In this document: positions 10,782 through 24,028 of the stretch, piece after piece
Layout of the letters: each line of letters opens with the position of its first letter
Numbering within the stretch: the first letter of the stretch is position 1
From: Entomortierella parvispora E1425
Taxonomy: Eukaryota > Fungi > Mortierellomycota
Direction of reading: 5' to 3'
Assembly (NCBI GenBank): GCA_020891255.1
Contig: BQFW01000013.1
Span: 1,302,001-1,366,000, forward strand
DNA length: 64,000 nucleotides
Notes under the pieces: generated by a model
Databases searched by the model: none
Told to the model about the DNA's origin: nothing
Seen by the model: only the letters and a program-made list of their open reading frames with translations
Made by a program: the position numbers and the translations under genes

Positions 10782-13700
10782 TTACTTCCGCTGCTCTTTC
10801 GAATGGCTGCTGCGTTGCAGAGGGATCTCTGGTAAGCCATGTTCAGAGTCGACCGGCTCTTGGTAGGCGCTAGCGAACGTAAGAGCCCTCACCACTCCGT
10901 CAGTTTGCACGCCATTTTGTTGGTCAGCTCTCCCAAAGTAGGCGCGTTCAGCCTCTGCCATGACAACATTATTGAGCTGGAATGTGAGATACTCTGTGTT
11001 CATCTGTTGATCTGACGGCGTAGAAACCAACGCCTCTATCGGGGACACTGTGTGAGGACCCGACACTTGCTCCAAGCCGAGCGTATGTGGGGAATCCAGA
11101 GTTTGAAAGTTTGTCAAAGGCGTCACCTGCGCTGGGACTGGAGGCGCCACATTGACAAAAGGGTTGTCGATCTCCATTGATCCAACTGCGGCCGTCAACC
11201 CCGCGACCGTTTCAAGATGAACTTGGCCACGCGCTGTCGACGACGAGGAAGAGGAAGACTGCCCAGGTGTCGTAGCTCTTCCGCATTGAGACTGAGTCAT
11301 GTCTTTTTTAACCATGAATATCAATGCCTGGGCAGTCTGGAGTTGTCTCTGGCGATTGGTGATATATCGGAACTGTTCCTCGTTGAATTCACTGCTGCTC
11401 GAGTTTCCTTCTTGATCGAGATGCTGAATCGGGTATATCTGGCTCGCTGCTTGAAGGGCCTGGGCAGCGCTCGCACTCCAAGGGCGTCCATCGCTGCGGA
11501 CAGGCCCTGTTGACGTGGACATGGCTGGGACCTGGGGGTTAACTTGTAACTGAGAAGACGTATACCCCGAGGAAGAGGACGATGAGAGCGACTCGAGCGA
11601 CTCGAGTAGCCACTGGTGGCCATTCGGAGCCACACCTGGGGAAATGTCCACCCGCTCGGCTTCACGTCCCTGAGCATCATTGGAAACAGCTGCCCTGGCC
11701 TGCTCTTGGTTGCTGGGACTGCTGCTCTCCGCAATGTTTGACTCCCCAGTGTCAGCCTCGCCGTCCGAGTTGTGGTAGTATGTTAGACCAAAGGATGCCC
11801 ACAGCTCATCCTGAGCCCTCCTCCATTGCTGCTTTTCAATCACTCTGCGTTCGGCTTCGGTTACGTCCTTGTCGGCAGGGGCAGAGTCCACAGGCTCTGT
11901 AAAGGCACGTTGAGAGTAATTGTTGGTTGATGCCGAGACAGGGTTCATAGGTCTCGTACGATGCGCCCTCTCGGGGACGATCTCTGGGACTGACTCAGCC
12001 ACCAGAGGTGGCCGACTGAGGTTGCTTCTTTGCGAGTTGGAACCGAGGCATCGAGAGTGGATCTTCCGGGCGGCATCCTCTCGAGATGGATAGATTGTCG
12101 GAGGCACAGGGCAGGATGCAAAGCCAAGATAAGGGGGTCTGATGGCTTCGTCCTCATTGGACTGTGCAATCCAAGATTCGAAAGAGTTCAGGACCGCTTG
12201 GTCTGGAAGAGGGGTCCGGCCACGACGACGATGGCAGGTCCTCTGAAAGGAATCGTCCTCCGTGGGTGTGAATGGTGCACACAGCAGCAAGGTGGGACTT
12301 GAGGGTCGAGCATGGCGCTGTTGCCATGCCCTGGCAACCCCATCGTCGCTCGCAGCAGAATCGGGTGTTTCGGCATCAGAGATAGGGTCCGGATTGGTGA
12401 CGCGTAGGACACGCGGTGGTTCAGGGAGCTCCAGCTCGTAGTTGTTGACACCTAGGTTGTGCATATCTGGCCGATCGTGGTAGGACGAAAGAGCTTCGCA
12501 ATAGCCCCATTCACCGCCGCGGTGGGCATCGCCATGGTCACTGTCGCTACTATCGTCGTCTCCAGTATCATCAGTGTCCTCATCCTTCTCCTCATCATCG
12601 ACGTCGGTTTCGGTATCAGCTTTGGCGTTTTCATCGTCGTCTCTGTCCTCTTCGCTATCGCCGCTGTTGTCGCCGTTATTCCCTTGGTGATTGCTCTGGT
12701 TACCCTCCCCATCGTCTTTTTCACTGTCTTCCTCCTCATGCTCGAGCTCATTGTTGTCAGAATTGATGGATACTTGACTGCTCGAATAGTGGTATCTTCC
12801 TGCGGTCGCGAACGAATAAGCACTCAAAGGACGATTGCGCGTGGGAATGACCTATTCATCAAAAAAAAAAAAAAAAAAAAAAAGTTAGAAGTGAACCTCG
12901 AATATGACCTGTCGTGCACTCCAAGTACAAACCTCGGGACTGATATTAGTATCCGATGGGACCAAAGGCCGGGCAAAGTTGCCTTCAGAAGTAGATGAGG
13001 CTTCATTCGAAGGTCCGGTAATGTTGAAGCAGAGCTGGTCTACTAAAGGATGGGTCTCGCGCGCGGCGTTGTGTGTGTGCTGTGTGTGCTGAGTGTGGGC
13101 AGGGCCAACTGAAGGACGATCCGCTGTAGTCTCATTTGATCGAAAAGCACTGCTTGAGTGGAACTGAGCAGCTGCTGGATGGGTCGCATTGGCGACACTG
13201 TGCGATGCTTGCGCAAGGGCAGGACCAACTAAAGGACGCTGCGTCGCCACTACATTTGGTCGAGCCGCTGTGGGATGGGGCTCATTCACGGTATTGTGCG
13301 ACCCATGTGTGGGGATAAGGTCGATCAATGGACGATGGGTCATGGCTGCAGAACGGCGAGCCTCGTTTGCGATGTTGGATGACGTCCGGGTAGGAATGAG
13401 ATCGATCAGTGGACGCCAAGAAGAGGTCGCGTTCAAACGAGAGGCACCACTGGAGATGGATTGGCCATGGCGGATCTCGCTTGTGATTCTACTCGGTGTC
13501 CTTGAAGGGATGAGATCAATCAGTGGACGTCGTATAGTGGCTGCATTCGAGCTGCTAGAGGTGGATGCAATTCGAAATGCCGGACGCCTGACAATTGACG
13601 AGTGACTTGGTACCTTGGCCATGCTGTCGGTGTCAACAATAGGGACTCTTTGACGGTGCCGCGCTTGACGAAATCTGCTTGGCCCTTGATGGAATGGCCC

Positions 13701-16700
13701 ATGCTGAAGTGATCTCCTTCGCACAAATGGGGCCGTTACCAAGTTTTCCATCTCTTGTCGGTCTTGGACAAGAGGTCGCGCAGGAGTTGAAGGAGCTGAG
13801 AGCAAGATCGCCCCCGATGTTCTTCGATCTCGGATATGAGCACGGATTGGGGTGACTGGAGTGTGAGCGGGCAGCCTCCTAGCCCTTGGGACTCCCAGTC
13901 GATTCCGGCGAACTGCTGGAACAACATACGCATATGTGGGAGGCCGAGAAGCATCAATGTCTTCAGAAGAACGCGCTGCCCAAACGCGGGTGGGGTCAAT
14001 CTCGGCATATGGAGGTGGAATGTCCAAAGGCGCCAACAGTTGAGCCGCTACCTGATTCTGGTGCAGCCCTGGTCGGTTCTCCTCCGGTGGCACGAAGGGG
14101 GCTGTCAACACTAGTGATGGCAGTGTGGGCAAGCTGTAGTGAGGTTGAGAGGATGACGATGATTGAGATTCGTCCAGCGATACAGGCGGCGCTGGCAATA
14201 CCAGTGATGGCATTGTAGGAGAAGGCAGGCGCTCTTGTAGAGATGATATTTCCTGCATTCCCTCGACACCGAGCGAGGCGGTCGTAGCTTCCATTGCCAT
14301 GCGGCCTGGGAGGGCATCTAGAGCCTCGGAGCAGACTAGAGTCGTTGTTGATGACAGTGCCGCCTCCGTCTCTGTCTCCTGTTGGACAGGGTTTCCTCCG
14401 GTGGGACCCTTCTTCTTCTTGATCTTCAAAACATGAAGAGTCGACTTCCACAGTACACTGATGGAGCGCTTGGTCCGTCGAAAAAAATTCCTTGGTGGTG
14501 GCGTGTGTAAGCTGTGATAGAGTTGCTCGTTCCTGTCGGCCATCGCCTGATCTTCGCTGTTGAAGTCCCATTGAGATGATGCATTGTTCAAGGTGCGATT
14601 GGATGAAGCAGCCACCGTGCCTTCTGGTGTGCTATCGATATAAAATCGAGGGGGCTGTGGGAGACTAGCAAGATAGCGCTGGTACTCTGCCTGAGCAACT
14701 TCTCGATCCTCCTCTTCAAAATCGATTCCTCTGTAGTCCAGATGTGTGCCCTTGTATTTCCGCAAGCTTTGTGCCTCGTCTTGGAAGAAGCGATATCTCT
14801 GCGTCTGAGCCGCCTGTTCACGAGCCATAGCCCTATTTCTGGGCGCAGGAACTGCAGCGTATGAGTCTGTCATACGAATGTAAACATACATTCGACCCGG
14901 AGGAGGATGTGGAAGGCCAGTTGGATGCGGTCCGTGGGGATGATGTCCATTTGTTGAACTGCAAGACGCTGAAGCACCCAGAGTGGTGGGCTGAGCCAGA
15001 TCTGGAGTTAGACGGTGGTCATTGGGCCCAGTGGTAGGGTCGCAGTGCTCGGAATGGCATCCTGGAATACAACTCGAACCATCCACGATAAGTTGATCCT
15101 GAGGCCCGACTTGAACCTGGCCCTGAGTAGCATCTTGACTTGAAGCCCTCACTTCATCTCCCGTTGGCCTTAAGGAATCAAACTGGGCGAAGACGTTTGA
15201 GAAAGATGGGTCGGCACCATCAATTTCACGACTCTCCAAGATCTCTTCAAGCAGGCAGCGACGCGCTTCCTCGAGTTTGATCTCTTCATGGATAGCTGCT
15301 CTCGGTGTGCTCGAGCAGGGGGAAGAACGTGGCTGTGATCCTGGCAATGACTCTGCCGTTGAGGAAGTACTAGGAGTAAGTTCGCTCAGGCGGTTGAAGA
15401 CGCTGATCAGCTTATCCAAAGGAGACCGCACTGTGCCTTGGAGGGCCGAGTAGGGGAACTCTTTTCGCTGACTCTCCATCTCAGCCATGGCTGGTGTCAA
15501 CAGGGAACCGAGAGGATAAGAGTAGCCTCTTGGGTCGCCATAGTCAACAACGGTAGCTGGAGCAGCCGGAAGGAGTCCTGGATTGTTGGCGGCTCTATTA
15601 GCTCCAAGACTGCTTGGCCCAGCTGCAGATGGATCAGCGAGCATGAAAAGCTCCTCTGAGGGCGTAGGTGACGGAGGAGGATCTACCGCGCGACCCTTTC
15701 CTTTGTCTCTGCGAGGTTCACTTTGCTCGTCATCTGATGATTCGTCGGTATCGTGCTCATCCACGCAAGAACTGGCGACACCCTGCCCAGCACCATCACC
15801 ACCTAGAATCTGAGCATTGAGGCTTGATCCCATCTCTTGGAGTGGGCGGCACCCTTCCGCAACAGCATTCACAACGGACCCACCACCCAAGCTTGAGTCC
15901 AAACTTGAGTTCAAAACAGATCCCGAGGTCGGGTCGGGCCCAGAGGCTGGATCCATGGTAGGCGAGTCGAAAATAAGCGGACGACGGCAACAGATCGTAG
16001 ACGAAGATTGTTGGGGGGGAGCAATCACTTTGCTGGTCATAGAGTTCAGTACGCTTGGGTCGCTACCCTGCAGAGTAATCGGTGCCACCTCTTGGGGGAA
16101 GACATGAGATGCGGACCCCACAGCATCTTGGCCAAGAACCTTGGACAAACCCGGCAGAGACAGGAAGTGGACTTGAGACTCGACCCAAGCTTGAATTCCT
16201 CGGGTCACTTCAGCGTCACCACGCTCTGAAAACACAGACGATGGTACCAAATCATCTTGCTGCAGGTCGTCACCATCGGGAATCTCAATGGTTATGAATT
16301 CTTGAGAGGGGGATGGTTCCGGTGTCGCAGCGCCTTCGCCTCGTTGCTGGGCAGTCCAGTTAAAGACCTCGTTGCGGAAACTGATGAACTCAAGATTGGC
16401 ATTTCGATGGTCCAGAACGAGCTCCTCGGCTTTCTCATAGGATGCGTGGTTCCACTGCATCGCGCGGTTGTAAACTGCACCTGCGACTGGAAAGAAAAGA
16501 GCAATCTAGAAGTTTGGATGGTGCACGAACATAAGAGTCAACTGGCTGCTCAGTTTGATTCCGACAATCTCATCCCTATGGTCATTGTCACTTACAAGGA
16601 ACTGCTTCACCATGTGCCACCAAGCTTTGTTGATCAGGGCAGCCTGAGCTGGCCTTCCAATTTCAAGCGACTTGATGCGGCGGTGGACACGGAGGTAAAA

Positions 16701-17402
16701 AAGCAATGCGCAAATTATTGGACCTGCCACGGGAATGAGACCTAACCATTTGAATTGTCATCAATTACATAACATATTGTCAAAAACATGAAGAAAGGTA
16801 GGTTGATCCGCCACATATTCGAATTCGTAGTCCGAGGACAGCACCATGCACAATTAGTGTGGCCGATGGAAGAAGGCAGAAGGAAGCAAAAAAAAAAAAA
16901 AAAAATACATACCCAAAAGCAAATTCGTGCCAGCAAACTTGGAACATCTAAAAGCCTGGTTCGAAATATAGGAGAGCACGGTAATGACCACAGAACAGAG
17001 TCCCTTTCTCGCGCTACGTGTGGCCTCGCTGTCAAGGCGGACAGGATCCAATTGCTCATTGTCTATCCAGATGGTGGGCCCAGAATCCAACGACACAGGC
17101 GGAAGAATATCAGCGCTTTCAATAACAGTGATTCGATCCAAGGGGATCATGTCGGCAGAATCCATTTCAGCCCATAAGGCTCGACGCTGCCCTCGGGGAA
17201 AAGGGCCATCCAGAGCAATAATCTCGAGATATAGCTCCCAAAGCTTCTCGCGATTGATCTGGATCTTCAGAGACAACCCCTGGCATCCTTCTTCAACTCT
17301 GGCCTCCAGAGCTGAAAGACAAATACCGTCGGATTGACGATCAATTGAGATTTCTGAATGAACAGAAGTGGACATTTCAGGAGAACCTGAATAAATGTCC
17401 AT
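10782..17402 (-). CDS. About 2090-aa protein with a divergent DUF4112-like hydrophobic hairpin near the N-terminus and a very long disordered tail
   Basis: Exons 17402-16913, 16741-16596, 16505-12933 and 12851-10782 join in frame across GT-AG introns. Spliced NQAFRCSKFAGTNLLLGLIPVAGPII...FLIALFFPVAGAVYNRAMQWN resembles the two G-x-I-P-x-x-G motifs of DUF4112. The start codon is uncertain. Confidence 0.65.
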
Positions 17403-19297
17403 GTCTGACAACCGAAGAAAAAAAATGTTAGCTATCACATTGAAACTATTCATAATAGTGCACCCCAAGATCCATTGCTTTTGGGCAGGCAGTTCACATT
17501 AAAGGCTTCTTTCTTCATCTGCTCTTCCTATGATATGCAACGTTTATGTCTCTCATTTTCTAGCCCTTCCTGACAGCTCAGATAATGGTGGTATCCGTAG
17601 TATTGTAATATGATTAATCGCTTCGATAAAGTATGATTCCTCTCTTCATAAAAGTAGTATGATCCGTAACCCTCTACCCCAACGTATTCTCAAAGAGCAA
17701 TCTCTTGCTTTACGACGAGGGCCTACCTCTTCTCTGGGACGAATCACGAACGTTGTTACTCTCTCTTTCACAACCTGCCACAAAACATGAAAAGCCGATG
17801 CTCTCAGTCCTTCTATCGTAAGCACTTTTTTGAACCCCTCCCCACAATAAAATGAACCAAATCACTCACTCTTCTAGTTTCACCTCTTAGACACGAGTAT
17901 CAGATAGATAAAGATAATGTGCCTGCTTCTACGACCTTAGTGCCACTGGATTCACTTACATTCGTTGCTGCGATCGTCGATTGAGAGTATTATGGGCTGT
18001 GCGTATGGTGGGTGGGTAGGAGGACACAAAAAAGTACAACAAGGCGATGCTGGAGGCGATGAGTCTGTTGTGGGAATGCGAAGCTAGGCGGAGGAAAAAT
18101 GAGTGGAGAAAAGAAAGGAAATAAAAAAGAAACCAAACGAAGGCACTCCCTTTTTTGGGAGGGGGGGCCGTAGGCAATTTTTTGACGTGTATTTCCAGGG
18201 GACACCCTGTCTGCAGCTACCTATGGAAACTATACTATATTCGACGCGTCGTTTGCTTTATGTCCATCACGGACCCGGGCCATCCATGAGCATTTTTGGT
18301 CCGCACTTCATAACACCATTTTTGGAGACAATTAGGAACGGGTACCTGATGGGAATACTGATGGGGAGAGCCGGACTGGATATACGAAAACCAAAAGCCG
18401 CTTTTCCCTGTACTGCTTGGATCTAATAGGTAGGATGAGACCGGCTTTGATCGCGGCTTGCTAATAGTCGGTTATACATGCGCAGACGGGATCAAACCTA
18501 AGAGAATCGTGAATTGTAGAGGCAGATTAGAGGCAGAACAGAGGTAGATTAGAGACAGAGTACCAGAAGTGCTGCTGACCATGGAAGAGAAAAAGGTGAG
18601 GTACCTTTGGATGGAATATGAAAGGAAGACTACGCACGCAAACGCGGCAGTCGACGCGCTTTATATATTGACACTCAATTTGAGTGTGGTTTTTGTTCCC
18701 CTCTTTGTAAGGAGTGTACGAGTACGACGTGGCTAAATCCGAGAATAGTGGTTGAAGACCACGCATTTCAACTCTTTCTCGGAACTCGGGGAATAGACTG
18801 GTTCCCATAGCCACTTTCTTTTACCTGTATTCAAAAAAAATGACCTAAAGATACAAGCCAGACAAAAGTTCTTTGTTCTTTCAGGACATATCGTAGCGTT
18901 CAAAAGTGGAACCATACTCTATCCAGCTGCCATTGTAAATCGACCGCTTTTTTCCGATTTTGGATATATTGCCGTCGTCTCGTCGTTTTTCAGCTCTCTT
19001 CGCAGAGTCGATAAGAGAGAGCGTTTGTTCAAGTCACTTTTTAACAAAAAAAAAAAAAAAAAAGGAAGTCAACTCCAAACTCAAGGGTTAGCTGTTTCCA
19101 AGATACCCAGCGTTCAACCCCTTCGCAAACAGCTCTAATGAGGTCAGGTCGACTCACTAAAAATGACGATATCTCTTTCTTTTTTCAATTTTTATTTGAG
19201 AGGTCAGCCAACTATCTCATTCATATGCCCTCTTCCCAATTGGTATTCATCGCTCGCCAGAAAACTCAAGGTCGAGCGGAAGTATCTGCACTGGTGT

Positions 19298-20314
19298 TCA
19301 GCAGGACGTACAATCGACGTCAGAAGACGGTTCCTCCTGACAAGCCTCGTCATGGATGATGAAGGGCAAGCTTTGGATCTTGGGCTGGAAGATCGTCAAG
19401 GGCTCGACCGTGGTGGTGGGGCGGATCGTAACCGTGGAACCCAAGCTGACCGATGAGCGACCCAGACTTTGGTCTTGCTGTGGAGCCATCTCCACCACAG
19501 TCGCCTTCTGGTTCACTTCCGGTTGGTAAACGGTCGAGGGCACCACCTTGGTGATGGGCAGGATCATGGTGTGGGAACCTAAGTTCACATTCGACTGCCT
19601 CAAAGTCGAGTGCTGAACAGGTGCCGCCGCGATCTCGGCCTCCTTGGATTGGACATGACCCTGGTATACGGTATTTGGCAGCACCACGTCTGAAGGCAAA
19701 GCCGTCACCAAAGAGCCCATATCAGTCGAGGACACGGGCAAGGACTGCTCGCAAGAATTGAACTCGGAGGGGACGCATTCGGGAGTCATCAAGGTGCGCT
19801 TGGAGATGATACCGCTGTTGTTGATCACAGGCGTTCCAATCGCGTTCAGGTTGCGGGTGCCGACAGCATAGCTATCCAGTCCACCGAGGTCACCGTGATT
19901 CAAATAGCCCATACGGTTCATGAAACGGAGGCGACTCAGCTCACCAACGCGGTTGACGTTGAAGCGGAATCGGTCATCGCCGGAGTACATGCCGTGGCCA
20001 TACATGCTGTTAGGGTAGAAACGACGGTCGGGGTAAAGCATGGGGTCCACCATCGAAGAAGGGAGCGACTCCTCGGCGCAGTTGTTCTCAGATTCAACGA
20101 TGGGGGCAAAGGACTGGACGATTGGCTGGTAGCGGGTAATAGGCGTGACTTGTGTAATGGGCGAGATGTTGGTGGTTGAACCCAAGTTCACGTTGCCTGA
20201 GCTTAGAGACTGGCTGCATTCGGAACCGGCACAGCGGCGATCCAATGGGGCAGCGTGGATGGCGCAGGTAAAGGCGAGAATGGCCGCGGAGATCTTGATG
20301 ATGAATGCAGTCAT
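19298..20314 (-). CDS. Secreted repeat protein (signal peptide, Kex2 sites, four ~40-aa repeats), unknown function
   Basis: Single ORF of 338 aa. MTAFIIKISAAILAFTCAIHA-APLDRR; repeats of S(N/S)V(N/S)LGS..I.P.T.V.P.T.(Y/F)QP.(I/V)QS. Confidence 0.85.
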   Translation of the reverse strand: MTAFIIKISAAILAFTCAIHAAPLDRRCAGSECSQSLSSGNVNLGSTTNISPITQVTPITRYQPIVQSFAPIVESENNCAEESLPSSMVDPMLYPDRRFYPNSMYGHGMYSGDDRFRFNVNRVGELSRLRFMNRMGYLNHGDLGGLDSYAVGTRNLNAIGTPVINNSGIISKRTLMTPECVPSEFNSCEQSLPVSSTDMGSLVTALPSDVVLPNTVYQGHVQSKEAEIAAAPVQHSTLRQSNVNLGSHTMILPITKVVPSTVYQPEVNQKATVVEMAPQQDQSLGRSSVSLGSTVTIRPTTTVEPLTIFQPKIQSLPFIIHDEACQEEPSSDVDCTSC

Positions 20315-21453
20315 GGCTAGAACTGGTAGAACTGGTCTTGAACGAGGTGTTGATATGTGAAGGCTGGAGGTACGCGAGTGGAAGCGTGAGCAGGCAAGAG
20401 TGAAGGTGTGGGGAGAATAGGGGGCATACTGAAGCAGGCCACGCCACTGACTTTATAGAATCGGTACCACCTTGGGCCGCAATCAATTAAACTCCGTGTA
20501 CGTTCTGCTAGAAGCATCTCCGCCCTCATCATGAAGAGGCATGGAAGGATGCGAAGGAAGGGTTTGGTCTCGAGTCTATGATATTCGAAGTGCTACGAGA
20601 ATGCAATAAGAAAGCAAGAACTCTGGGAGACATTAGCTTTTTTAATTGCTTTTCTGGGAATATTCTTTGCCTCTTTGCTTGCTGATTGCATCTAAAACGC
20701 CTCCGGAGAAGAGAAGCTACGGAGTCTGGAGGCGGATCGGGAAGATTGTCGCCGTCATATGGCAGTGCGTTGTAGACTCCTTCGAGCTCTTCCACCCGCG
20801 TGATGTTTGAGAACCTGAATGCGCTCTACAGGTTCAATTGGGTGCGTAGTCCATTATAGAATATATAACTTCCTTAACAAAGTGAGACTCGAGCTCATCG
20901 AGATGAATCTGAAGGCTGTGGTTATCCTTGCCCTGGTAGTGGACTTCAATGTTTCTTCTGCCAGCGCATGCTCCACTTCCTCTGCAGCAGAGCTAACGTC
21001 CTCAAAAAGACTGGAGCCCCTGGTTTAGGACAAACGAATTGGAGAAGCAAATTCAGTTTGCAGTCTGATTTGTTGCCACCAATTTCGAGTGACTCTGTAA
21101 CTGGAGGACTTCAATTCATGTTGATGAGGATGAATTTGACGAGCTGAATGACTGAGCAGTGAATGAACTGTGAATGAACTGAGAAAAAGGCAAAGAATGA
21201 GAAAACAACTGTGGTGTTCACAAATGCCTTCGGAGTCGGTCGAGACAGGCGGAAAACGTGGACGAGGAGTGATGTCTGTACAAATCGGTTTTTTTTATTT
21301 CCGTCAAACAAAAGGACCTAGAGTAGGGCCTCTTCAGGGCACGCGTGTGTGCGTGCGTTGAGTGTATGATACAAAGTCGGCTTTACCCATGGACAGTGCG
21401 AGCACCAAAGATGAGAGCGACTGTGAGGACGAGAAGGGCGAGTCCACTCTTCT

Positions 21454-22639
21454 CTAGTCACAACGCCAGAGCGAGTGCGCGACCGTGGGTGCCCAGTCAC
21501 CCTGAGCATTGTGTCCCTGCAGGCAGATGTACTTGCGGCCATCGTACTTGACCTTGTCGCCGGCAGAGTACCATCCATAGGGCTGCCACTTCTTGCCCTT
21601 CTTGCTCTTCTTGCACGAGTCATCCGAGTCGGAACTAGAGTCAGAGTCGCTATCGTGGCGGTTGTGGCGGTCATGGTGCTCATATCCGCCTTGATGAGGC
21701 TGCTGGTACTGGGGCTGGTACTGGTTGTGTTGCTGTTGCTGGTACTGCTGCTGCTGCTGCTGGAAGGCGGCCTGCTGCTGCTGGAAGCGAGCCTGCTCCT
21801 CTGACTGCGTCCTGGCAAAGTTGGCACGCTCCTCTTCCAATCGCCTCCTCTCGGCCTCGGCGCGTTCCCTCTCCTGCTGGGCGTTCCTCTCAGCAGCCTT
21901 GCGAGCCTCCTCCTCGCGGTTATGATCGTTCACGAGCTTGTTGGCCAAGAAACCGGCACCGACAGCCAAGATACCGCCAAGAGCGGCAGTGCCGACATCG
22001 GCCATTCTCTCCTTATTCTTCAGGGACTTCATCCTGCGCTGGTGGAGCTCAGAGATATGAGAAGTTCCTCTGACAGGAGCACCACCCTGACCACCATAGG
22101 CCATGTTCTGACCGGGGACGTTGTGGGCTGTCAGAGTCAAGTGGATCTGACCCTGCTGCTTGCCATCGGGGGTATAGACATCAAAAATGCCGTTCAAGGA
22201 TCCACCGGGAGCATGGACGATCTGGTTGATGGGAATGGCGGCAAAGGCAATGGGCGCATCCGTAGTGATCTCGTCGTCCATAATCTCGAGATACAGCTCG
22301 GGCTCGCCCTGCAGAGGGATGTTGAAGGACTGGTTCCAGACGGGGTTCTTACCAGCGTTCTTATGAACAAAGGTCTTTTGGAACGACTTTACGTTGTTGA
22401 AGTCGAGCGAGAACTGGACATAGGGATCCTGCTTTCCAAAAGCCTGGAATGCATCAAAGGAGAGAGTATGGTTAGTGCACAGTCCCTTGGAAGTGAAAGA
22501 ACAGGGAGCAGGAGAACAATAAATGAGCGGTTGCCTGTACCTCAACGTCGATCAAGTTCTGGGCACCGTGGGCGGTGATGGCGAGAGTAGGGGGACCCTG
22601 CTGCTGGTACTGGTACTGGGGGGGCTGTTGGTGAAGCAT
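21454..22639 (-). CDS. C2-domain protein with Gly-rich hydrophobic helix, coiled coil, polyQ and C-terminal CBM5/12-type (chitin-binding) module
   Basis: Exons 22639-22541 and 22443-21454. C2 motifs DVEAFGKQDPY, NAGKNPVWNQSF and IMDDEITTDAPI; C-terminus WQPYGWYSAGDKVKYDGRKYICLQGHNAQGDWAPTVAHSLW. Confidence 0.88.
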
Positions 22640-24028
22640 TGTTGTGGGAGTGGGAAGAGGGGTGGGAGTAAAAGGAGAAAAGGAGTGTGGGAAAGAACAA
22701 ACGAAAGAAAGAAAAGGAAAGAAAGAAAAGGAAAGAAGGAAAGAAGGACAGGGGAACAATGCGACAAAGGAAAAAGATCAACTTCTTTTTATACTTTGTG
22801 ATCAGTCGTGCTGTCCATCTGCCCATGGCTTCCTGTCTTGGTCCAAGGATAGCCCCAAGGCTGTACATGTACTTGTATTTGTATCCCCATCACAGCGGCT
22901 CTCTTTTGGACCATCGCCTGTGCCGTCCACTCTCGATGATATTCCCTCACTCAACGCCTCTCTCTCTCTTTCACTCTCTCTCTCTCTCTCTCTTTCCCTC
23001 GTCCTCTTTCCCCAGCTCATCATATCATCTATCTTTACTAACCTTTGCCGCCGATCCTCGCTTGTAATTTTGGTTATTGCACAAAATTATATTTAGACCC
23101 AGGCAATTAACAGGGGTCCCGCCAAAACTCAAACCACAGCCCGACGTTGGACCCCCGGGACTGACTTTTCCCAAGACGGTGACTGTGGCTGTTTGTTGAG
23201 CTTGTCCAACGGAGTCTCTCTCTCTCTCCAAAAGTATCATTGCCCCTATGGAAAAAGAATCGTGTTACTGACAACGATGTGCCACGTCCTTTTTTTTTTC
23301 TTGGCACAAAGGAAGGACAAAAAAAGGACTCGCACGCCATCTATGATCTGTCAACTGCAAAAGGGAGCTCAATCGCTCAAACTGAACATTGTCAATTGGT
23401 CTCACCTGTCCCATCCCGACGCGTTTCGCTTGACAGATCCACCACGGAAAAGAAAAGCAACAGAGGAAGAAAGATGTTTATTTCCCCCGGTTGATAAAAA
23501 CCCAACCCCGGAACAAAGTATTGATATGAGCAGGAACAATGATTCTGCATTTATTCTCTCTTCCCTCGGTACCAAAATGGCAAACACAGCTCATGTCGTG
23601 GGCGGTACTCATTCTCGAGATGTATCTGTCATTCGTGTCTGCTGCCAATGGCGTCGTTCCGCGGTGGGGTCGTGGTTTTTCTTTCTCTTTTCTTTTGTGT
23701 ATGTCCCCATCGGTCTCTTCCCGCTCAAGTCCCTGGGGAGGAGCCATCTATAGAAGAACATCTTACGACAAACAGCACTCCAAACAATTAAAAATCAGAA
23801 GGTCAACCCCACAGAACCATATCCACATTCACTGCTCACTCTGTTTGGCGTTTTTGTTTGCTATTTTTTTTTTATTTACAGAAACTGCAACAAAGAAAAC
23901 GAGATCAAAAGTGTCTGGTTTCTTTACCGAGGGATACCCTCTCTCTGCCTTTTTTTTTGTTCTTTTTGGGATGTGTTTGGTATATACATGCAGACGAGGA
24001 CAGTTCCTTTTCTCGTGGCTCGTGCTAC

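Noticed and set aside
19298-20314. Ice-nucleation-protein identity for the secreted repeat protein
   Set aside because: It lacks the 8/16-residue AGYGSTxTA periodicity of InaZ-type proteins.
20529-21140. Possible decayed gene on the minus strand (88-aa ORF plus upstream fragments)
   Set aside because: Frames are interrupted by stops, with no consistent splice model and no recognisable domain.
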